DNA of 64,000 nt, taken from Methanobacteriota archaeon (lineage in GTDB: Archaea; Thermoplasmatota; Thermoplasmata; Methanomassiliicoccales; UBA472). A model generated the notes under the pieces. The model was given only the letters and a program-made list of their open reading frames with translations. It had not been told where the DNA came from and ran no database searches. Made by a program: the position numbers and the translations under genes. Position 1 is the first letter of the stretch. Every line of letters begins with the position of its first letter. Shown here piece by piece: positions 57,835 to 64,000 of this stretch. The stretch lies in NCBI GenBank assembly GCA_012729095.1, contig JAAYDU010000028.1, positions 4,260-68,259 on the forward strand. The letters are read 5' to 3'.

Positions 57835-58788
57835 ATGCAGGAGATTTGGACCGAGAAGTACCGCCCGCACAAGTTGTCGGACGTCGTTGGCCAGGGGGAC
57901 ATAATAGAGAGGCTTTCCTCCTACGTGCGCTCCGGAAACCTGCCTCACCTGATGTTCGCCGGTCCTGCTGGCACCGGCAAGACCACTTCCGCGTTGGCGA
58001 TGGCCAAGGAGATGTACGGGGAATCGTGGCGGAACAACTTCATCGAGCTGAACGCTTCCGATGAAAGGGGAATTGATGTGGTGCGCGGCAAGATCAAGGA
58101 GTTCGCCCGCACCGCGCCCATCGGCGGAGCCGATTTCAAGATAATATTCCTGGACGAGGCAGACGCGCTCACGCAGGACGCCCAGGCGGCATTGCGCCGT
58201 ACCATGGAGAGGTTCAGCCGCAACTGCCGCTTCGTACTGTCCTGTAATTATTCCTCCAAGATCATCGAGCCCATACAATCCCGCTGCGCCATATTCCGGT
58301 TCCGTCCGGTAAGGGGCGAGGACATCAAGCGCCATCTCAAGACCGTTGCCGATAAGGAGGGCGTGATAATAGACGAGGACGCGTTGGACGCCATAGTGCA
58401 CGTGGGGGAGGGGGACATGCGCAAGTCGATAAACTCCCTGCAGGTGGCCGCCACAATCGGCAAGGAGGTCACCATAGACGTGGTTTACCAGGCCACAGGG
58501 AACGCCCGGCCGGACGAGGTGGTGGACATGGTGAACACCGCTCTGTCCGGTAACTTCTCCGGAGCCCGTGCAAAGCTGGACGAGATGATGATCACGTACG
58601 GTCTCAGCGGCGAGGACATCATAAAGCAGATACACCGCTCCTTCTACGACCTGGACATGCCTGACCGGGAGAAGATCCGTTTGATCGATAGGACGGGTGA
58701 GATAGAGTTCCGCATCGTTGAGGGAAGCAACGAGCGCATACAGCTGGAATCCCTGCTGGCATACCTGGCGCTGGTAGAAAGGGACTGA
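57835..58788 (+). CDS. rfcS: Replication factor C small subunit
   Basis: 'WTEKYRP', '[11 protein letters not shown]', '[11 protein letters not shown]' and 'SRC' motifs. ATG 57835 is preferred over the upstream TTG. Confidence 0.92.
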   Translation: MQEIWTEKYRPHKLSDVVGQGDIIERLSSYVRSGNLPHLMFAGPAGTGKTTSALAMAKEMYGESWRNNFIELNASDERGIDVVRGKIKEFARTAPIGGADFKIIFLDEADALTQDAQAALRRTMERFSRNCRFVLSCNYSSKIIEPIQSRCAIFRFRPVRGEDIKRHLKTVADKEGVIIDEDALDAIVHVGEGDMRKSINSLQVAATIGKEVTIDVVYQATGNARPDEVVDMVNTALSGNFSGARAKLDEMMITYGLSGEDIIKQIHRSFYDLDMPDREKIRLIDRTGEIEFRIVEGSNERIQLESLLAYLALVERD

Positions 58789-58840
58789 GCATTGCCAACC
58801 TATTTATATCGGCTCCTTATTTCAAGGCTGGAGGAGTCAA

Positions 58841-58990
58841 ATGGCACGTTTCAAGGAAGCTGACGACAGGCTGCTGAACAAGAAGGTATGCCTTAGCTGC
58901 TATGCCCGTAACGCCGTGAAGGCCACCAGGTGCCGCAAGTGCGGTTACACCTCGCTGCGCCTGAAGGCCAAAGAGAGTCGCAAGGCCTAG
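58841..58990 (+). CDS. rpl40e: Ribosomal protein L40e (49 aa; below the ORF-track size cut-off)
   Basis: Hand translation: [49 protein letters not shown]. It has the C-x2-C...C-x2-C zinc ribbon of L40e, and GGAGGAG lies 4 nt upstream of the ATG. Confidence 0.85.
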   Translation: MARFKEADDRLLNKKVCLSCYARNAVKATRCRKCGYTSLRLKAKESRKA

Positions 58991-59117
58991 GCCTTAGAAC
59001 CAAACCCCTTATCCGTTCAAATTATCTCCAGACTGATTCTATGAGATAGGGTTTTTAATCAAGTGAGCATATGACCCACTGTCTTTAGTTTCTGGGGGGT
59101 TTCGGGTAAAGAAGATA

Positions 59118-60062
59118 TTGATCGTGGACGACAATACAGCAATTCTGGAGATCGTCTCCGAGCTTATTTCCGCCGCGGGCTACCAGCCCGTGACCGCCAC
59201 CGGGGGCAGGGAGTGCCTGAGCAAGGTTCGAGAGGAACACCCGGACCTGGTGCTTCTGGACATCAACATGCCGGACATGGATGGGTGGTCGGTGCTGCGC
59301 ACCCTCAAGGAGGAAGGTCTTGCCGGCAGCATGAAGATCATGATGCTGACCGCCACCACCGAGATCGGGACGGACATTTTCGGACTGCAGGACATCGTCT
59401 CCGGTTACATTCGTAAGCCGTTCAACAACGATGAGCTTTCCTCCCGGTTGCGGGAGGTGTTAGGCGATCGACACCCTTCGCGCGAGGGACCAAAGGAGGA
59501 AAAGGACCGCAAGGGCAGGCGTTCCCTACTGCGTAAGAGGGAGGAGGCCGGGATGGAAGTGGCCCGGAACAGCGCCAAGGTCTACGAGATGCGGCGCGGG
59601 TTCAGCTACCTGGTCAAGGAGGCCAAGCCCAATAAGTCCTTCGAGATCTTCGTGGACCAGGTGACCCACAACATACAGGGCCTATGCGTTACCCGCCAGC
59701 ATCCCACCAACATACGTAAGGAGTGGGGACTGGAGAAGACGCCGATCATCTGGCTCAGCAACCAGCTGGGCAAGGTGTACGTCAACCCTTCTAACATCGG
59801 TATCCTGAGCGATACCATCATACGCTTCGTGGAGAAGAGCGGGGACGCTGTCGTTCTCATAGACGGGATCGAGTTCCTAGTAGTGAACAACGATTTCGAC
59901 AAAGTGCTGAGGATGGTACACCACGTGACCGAGGCGGTGATGGAGAACCGCTCCCGCCTCATCGTTTCCGTCGACCCGCGCACCCTGGAAACCAGGGAGC
60001 TGGCGCTGCTGGAGCGCAACATGGAGATCATCGAGGCCGAGGGCGCCCGTGCCTGTCAATGA
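59118..60062 (+). CDS. Response-regulator receiver domain fused to DUF835
   Basis: REC: 'IVDDN...DLVLLDINMPDMDGW...LTA...KPF'. Then a basic linker, then a DUF835-like region 'GFSYLVKEAKP...GLCVTRQHP...IWLS...VVLIDGIEFL'. Only a TTG start is available in frame, so the start is uncertain. Confidence 0.75.
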   Translation: MIVDDNTAILEIVSELISAAGYQPVTATGGRECLSKVREEHPDLVLLDINMPDMDGWSVLRTLKEEGLAGSMKIMMLTATTEIGTDIFGLQDIVSGYIRKPFNNDELSSRLREVLGDRHPSREGPKEEKDRKGRRSLLRKREEAGMEVARNSAKVYEMRRGFSYLVKEAKPNKSFEIFVDQVTHNIQGLCVTRQHPTNIRKEWGLEKTPIIWLSNQLGKVYVNPSNIGILSDTIIRFVEKSGDAVVLIDGIEFLVVNNDFDKVLRMVHHVTEAVMENRSRLIVSVDPRTLETRELALLERNMEIIEAEGARACQ

Positions 60063-60080
60063 CGTTGGGAGCGTGATATC

Positions 60081-61352
60081 ATGTCAGAACTAACCATAAC
60101 CAGGGTTTGGAGCAGAGAGGTATTGGATTCAAGGGGCAATCCCACCGTGGAGGCCCAGGTGGAGACCGACGCCGTGGTCGTCACCGCCATCGCGCCCTCC
60201 GGGGCGTCCACCGGGACCTTCGAGGCGCTGGAGCTCAGGGATGGTGATGCCAGGTACGGCGGGAAAGGCGTGCTGAAGGCCGTGCGCAACGTGCGCGAGA
60301 TCATCTCCCCGGGGCTGAAAGGAATGGACGCCACGGACCTGAAGGCCGTCGACGCCGCGATGATCGAGCTCGACGGCACGGAGAACATGAGCAGGCTGGG
60401 CGGGAACGCCACCACTGCCGTCTCCTACGCGGTGGCCAAGGCCGGCGCGATACTGAAGGGCGTTGAGCTGCACGAACATCTAGGCTCTTCAAGCAAGGTG
60501 CTACCGGTACCCTGCATGAACGTTATAAATGGAGGCAAGCACGCCGGCAGCAATCTGAAGATACAGGAGTTCATGATAGTGCCCTGCGGCTCACCGACCT
60601 TCTCGGAATCGCTGCGCGCGGGAGCAGAGGTCTACCAGGCGCTGAAACAGGTGCTGAAAGGGAAGATGGGTCCTATGTCCATCAACGTTGGGGACGAGGG
60701 GGGCTTCGCCCCGGCGTTCGATACCAGCCGGGAGGCAATGGACGTGCTTCTTGAGGCCATAGAGGCCACCGGCCGCTCGCCCGGGAAGGACGTCTTCCTG
60801 GCCATGGACGCGGCAGCCAGCGAGTTCTATTCCAACGGCGTGTACGAGCTGGACGGCAAGAAGATGTCCACGGGGGAGATCGTGGACTTCTATGTCGCCC
60901 TGAGCAAGGAGTATCCGCTCATCAGCCTGGAGGACCCCATGCACGAGGAGGGCTTCCAGGACATGGCCGAGCTGACCGCCAAGGTCGGCGACAGGATGCA
61001 GCTGGTGGGGGACGATCTCTTCGTCACCAACCCCCAGAGGCTGCGGAAGGGAATAGACATGAAGGCGGGGAACTCCATGCTGCTCAAGGTCAACCAGATC
61101 GGCACGGTGTCCGAGGCGATGCGTGCCGCGGAGATTTGCTTCGACAGCGGTTACAACGTAATGGTAAGTCACCGTTCCGGGGAGTCGGAGGACACCACCA
61201 TGGCCGACATCGCCGTGGCCCTGGAGTGCGGGCAGATCAAGAGCGGTGCGCCAGCCCGTACCGAAAGGACGGCCAAGTACAACCGCCTCCTGCGCATAGA
61301 GGAGAACCTGGGTAGCAAGGCCAAGTTCATTGGCCGTGAGGCCTTTCACTGA
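60081..61352 (+). CDS. eno: Enolase
   Basis: 'SRGNPTVE', 'INGGKHA', 'GDDLFVTN', 'LLKVNQIGT' and 'SHRSGETED'-type ('SHRSGESED') motifs. Confidence 0.95.
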   Translation: MSELTITRVWSREVLDSRGNPTVEAQVETDAVVVTAIAPSGASTGTFEALELRDGDARYGGKGVLKAVRNVREIISPGLKGMDATDLKAVDAAMIELDGTENMSRLGGNATTAVSYAVAKAGAILKGVELHEHLGSSSKVLPVPCMNVINGGKHAGSNLKIQEFMIVPCGSPTFSESLRAGAEVYQALKQVLKGKMGPMSINVGDEGGFAPAFDTSREAMDVLLEAIEATGRSPGKDVFLAMDAAASEFYSNGVYELDGKKMSTGEIVDFYVALSKEYPLISLEDPMHEEGFQDMAELTAKVGDRMQLVGDDLFVTNPQRLRKGIDMKAGNSMLLKVNQIGTVSEAMRAAEICFDSGYNVMVSHRSGESEDTTMADIAVALECGQIKSGAPARTERTAKYNRLLRIEENLGSKAKFIGREAFH

Positions 61353-61377
61353 ATAAGGTTCATACGTACGCAGCCCA

Positions 61378-62586
61378 ATGACCAACGGTTCAGGTGATGA
61401 TTTGGACAGGTTCTTCTCCGCTGACCACGATGACATATACAAGGGTAGGACCACCGACGTGTACTTCCAGCGTACCGAGTCGATACTCAAGGCCAAGGGC
61501 CTTCTCGACACGTACACCCGTTCGGAGTTCACGGTCGGCGGGCTTCCTAACGACTGGCCCTGGGCGGTGCTTTGCGGCACCGAGGAGGTGGTCCGCATCC
61601 TGGAAGGCAGGAACGTGGACCTCTACTGCCTGCCCGAGGGGTCGATATTCACCCCCCGCACCAAGAAGGGGGTGAAGCTTCCGGTGGCAAGCATAGACGG
61701 TCCCTATGGCCAATACTGTTCCCTGGAGACCCCAGCTCTTGGTTTCATGTGCTATGCCAGCGGGGTGGCCACAATGTCCGCCCGCTGCAAGAAGGCGGCC
61801 GGCGGCCTGCCGGTCATATCCTTTGGCGTAAGGCGCATGCACCCGGCCATGGCCCCGGTGATAGACCGTTCGTCCTACATAGGAGGTTGCGACGGGGTGT
61901 CTTCCCTCAAGGGCGCGGAACTCGTGGGCAAACCGGCCAGTGGGACCATGCCGCATTCGCTGGTCATCATGATGGGCGATCAGCGCGAGGCGTTCAGGGC
62001 CTACGGGGAGATAATCGATCCCACCGTGCCCAGGGTGGCCCTCACCGACACCTTTTACGACGAGAAGGCCGAGGCCCTGATGGCCGCCGAGGAGATGCCC
62101 GGGCTGCGTTCGGTGCGGCTCGATACGCCAAGCTCGCGCCGTGGGAACATGGCCGACATCGTGCGCGAGGTCCGTTGGGAACTGGACCTGCACGGGCACG
62201 TCGATGTAGGAATATTCGTATCTGGCGGTCTGGACGAGTCTAAGGTGAAGGAACTCGCCGCCGTAGGGGCCAGCGGCTTCGGCGTCGGAACGTCTATAAG
62301 CAACGCCCCAACCGTCGACTTCGCCATGGACATCGTGGAGAAGGCCGGAAGGCCGATAGCCAAGCGCGGAAAGTTCGCCGGGCGCAAGTACGTCTTCCGC
62401 TGCCCCAACTGCCTGGAGTACGAGGTGTCCCTGGACCGGGAGTACCCGCCAAGGTGCTCCTGCGGAAAGGAGATGCGCTGGGCGGAGGTCAAGGTCATAG
62501 AGAAGGGAAAACGCCTGGTGCCCGAGGAGCCGGCCGAGGAGATCCGACGTCGCGTACTCAGGCAGCTCGAGGGCATCGATCATTGA
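61378..62586 (+). CDS. Nicotinate phosphoribosyltransferase (archaeal short type) with a C-terminal Zn-ribbon
   Basis: 'TDVYFQRT', 'GTMPHSLV', 'VRLDTPSSRRGN' and 'VSGGLDE' motifs. The C-terminal is 'CPNC...CSCG'. Confidence 0.85.
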   Translation: MTNGSGDDLDRFFSADHDDIYKGRTTDVYFQRTESILKAKGLLDTYTRSEFTVGGLPNDWPWAVLCGTEEVVRILEGRNVDLYCLPEGSIFTPRTKKGVKLPVASIDGPYGQYCSLETPALGFMCYASGVATMSARCKKAAGGLPVISFGVRRMHPAMAPVIDRSSYIGGCDGVSSLKGAELVGKPASGTMPHSLVIMMGDQREAFRAYGEIIDPTVPRVALTDTFYDEKAEALMAAEEMPGLRSVRLDTPSSRRGNMADIVREVRWELDLHGHVDVGIFVSGGLDESKVKELAAVGASGFGVGTSISNAPTVDFAMDIVEKAGRPIAKRGKFAGRKYVFRCPNCLEYEVSLDREYPPRCSCGKEMRWAEVKVIEKGKRLVPEEPAEEIRRRVLRQLEGIDH

Positions 62587-62595
62587 GGTGCTGTA

Positions 62596-63033
62596 ATGCA
62601 AGAGGAGTTCGTGACCGATCTGGAGATGCTTCAGGACTATCAGTTCAACATAGTCTTTGACGATGAGGGGATGGCGGACATTCTTTCCGACGAGCCGGTG
62701 CCTGTAGGCAAGGGGGAGCATCCCAATGCCACCCGCCTCCTGTCGGCGGCCGTGGGCAATTGCCTCTGCGCCTCTCTGGCCTTCTGTCTGAGGAAGGCCC
62801 GTTCCGAACCCATCTCCCTCAGGGCCAGGGTGAGGACCGTGCTCGGAAGGAACGACAAGGGCCGGTTGAGGGTGCTCAGCATGGAGGTGACACTGTTCCC
62901 GGAGGTCGATGACCCGGCCAAGCTCAAGAGGTGCCTGCCCCTCTTCCAGGACTTTTGCACGGTCAGCGCCGCCGTCCGCGAGGGCATAGATATCCAAGTG
63001 TCGGTGGAGGGCCCGAACATTGAGCAAATATAA
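62596..63033 (+). CDS. OsmC/Ohr-family protein
   Basis: 145 aa. 'LLSAAVGNCLCASLAFCL' and 'FCTVSAAV' are the two conserved-Cys regions of the OsmC fold. Confidence 0.75.
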   Translation: MQEEFVTDLEMLQDYQFNIVFDDEGMADILSDEPVPVGKGEHPNATRLLSAAVGNCLCASLAFCLRKARSEPISLRARVRTVLGRNDKGRLRVLSMEVTLFPEVDDPAKLKRCLPLFQDFCTVSAAVREGIDIQVSVEGPNIEQI

Positions 63034-63060
63034 TCTAGCGGAAGGACGTTCCCACCGTTA

Positions 63061-63501
63061 ATGCTTGACGATAAGGACAAGGCCATACTTAGCGAGCTGG
63101 AGAAGGACTCCAGGCGCAGCACCAAATCCATCGCCAAGGACCTCAACATACCCCGGGCAACCGTTCACGAGCGGATCCGACGGATGACGGAACGCGGCAT
63201 CATAAAAGGTTTCACCGTGATACCCGACTTCGGCAAGCTCGGGGAACCGGTCACCGCATTCATCCTCGTCTCATTCCTGCCTAACAACAATCAGTCCCAG
63301 AGGGAACTTGCCGACAAGATAAGCGGACTGGACGGCGTGCACGAGGTGCATCTGATATCAGGGGAGCACGATATCCTGCTAAAGGTCCGCGGGGAGTCCA
63401 TGGAGCGGATCGGGGACCTGGTCATTGACAAGATCAGGCAGATGGACGGCGTCGGTCGAACGCTCACCTGCACCTGCTTCGCCACGGTGAAGGACGAATG
63501 A
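63061..63501 (+). CDS. Lrp/AsnC family transcriptional regulator
   Basis: 'LDDKDKAILSELEKDSRRSTKSIAKDLNIPRATVHERIRRM' HTH plus a RAM domain ('AFILV...HEVHLISGEHDILLKV'). Confidence 0.88.
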   Translation: MLDDKDKAILSELEKDSRRSTKSIAKDLNIPRATVHERIRRMTERGIIKGFTVIPDFGKLGEPVTAFILVSFLPNNNQSQRELADKISGLDGVHEVHLISGEHDILLKVRGESMERIGDLVIDKIRQMDGVGRTLTCTCFATVKDE

Positions 63502-63756
63502 GCAGTGCCTTACAAAAAAAGAGGTAAGGTGCTGTTTCGGGGTAGGTACCGTTAACCGTTCTTATACGAAAAACGCGTTCCATCATTATCTAACTGGATA
63601 GCATAAAAAACCGTTTAGGACGTTAAGGAAATGTTTAAAATATCTAAGAGCCTTAGGCATTTTCGTTCAGAAAATTGCGAGGGGTCAGGTCTTCCGTCCA
63701 GTATCTTGTGGGCTGCTGGTTGAGGGGGCAGCATGCTCTGAATAGGGAGGAGTTTA

Positions 63757-64000
63757 TTGCTCAATGGTCAATTAGCGCAAGCTACGCTCAGATCGGACGA
63801 TGAGGGTTTCAGGCCTCATCTGGAGGTGCACCGGAGGGAAAGTTCCCTGGTGCTCCCCTGTTCTATCGGCGAGGAGCGCGGTCATTACACCTCCCTGTTC
63901 GGAGATTTCCAAGGCGCGACCGTTCTATGCGCGTGCGGTTCCCTGGTAAAGCTGGACCAGGCCACGGTGCATCGCCGGCGCATGCTCGGCAAGCCGGTGG
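63757..64000 (+). CDS. Possible 5' part of a protein-coding gene running off the window (hypothetical)
   Basis: 81 stop-free codons from TTG 63757, preceded by GGGAGG 7 nt upstream. There are Cys pairs ('LPCS', 'LCACGS') and no recognisable domain. It is not in the ORF track because it has no stop. Confidence 0.3.
   Translation, partial: MLNGQLAQATLRSDDEGFRPHLEVHRRESSLVLPCSIGEERGHYTSLFGDFQGATVLCACGSLVKLDQATVHRRRMLGKPV

Overview
The window is a visibly GC-rich, densely packed archaeal chromosome segment. Archaeal markers are ribosomal protein L40e, RFC small subunit, ABCE1, archaeal-type riboflavin synthase, RibL, fused ThiD-ThiN, DUF835 and FtsZ, so it is most likely a euryarchaeon; a finer assignment cannot be made from the sequence alone. 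Most of it is core metabolism and information processing. This includes a split arginine cluster (argH-argG on the minus strand, argC-argJ-argB-argD on the plus strand) and a tightly overlapped riboflavin/FAD operon (ribB-ribL-ribC-ribH). It also includes amt-glnK, cooS-cooC, metG, ftsZ, glyA, eno, rfcS, ABCE1 and two tRNAs, Thr-UGU and Arg-CCU. I saw no CRISPR array, transposase or integrase. Many very long ORFs in the track are antisense or out-of-frame shadows of real genes, as expected in GC-rich DNA, and I rejected them. Two real genes are below the track's size cut-off and were found by hand: a 39-aa desulforedoxin downstream of fprA and the 49-aa ribosomal protein L40e.

Items most worth a second look:
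- A ~1,327-aa DUF4011-like/Upf1-type SF1 helicase fused to a Vsr/DUF559-like endonuclease fold. It sits alone between housekeeping genes and is a candidate single-gene nucleic-acid surveillance or defence protein.
- A Zn-ribbon/PUA + PAPS-reductase-like PP-loop + 2x[4Fe-4S] ferredoxin fusion of unknown substrate.
- A Roadblock/LC7 gene paired with a helical-repeat protein just upstream of ftsZ, with no partner GTPase.
- A 1,497-aa beta-helix/Ig-repeat surface protein carrying a near-identical 77-bp intragenic repeat.
- A frameshifted histidine-kinase relic next to the tRNA-Thr 3' end.
- An Lrp/AsnC regulator with a Cys-rich tail.
- An orphan REC-DUF835 protein.
- A perfect inverted repeat in the divergent arg control region.

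None of these is demonstrably a new system from sequence alone. All functional calls rest on motif recognition by eye, not on database searches.
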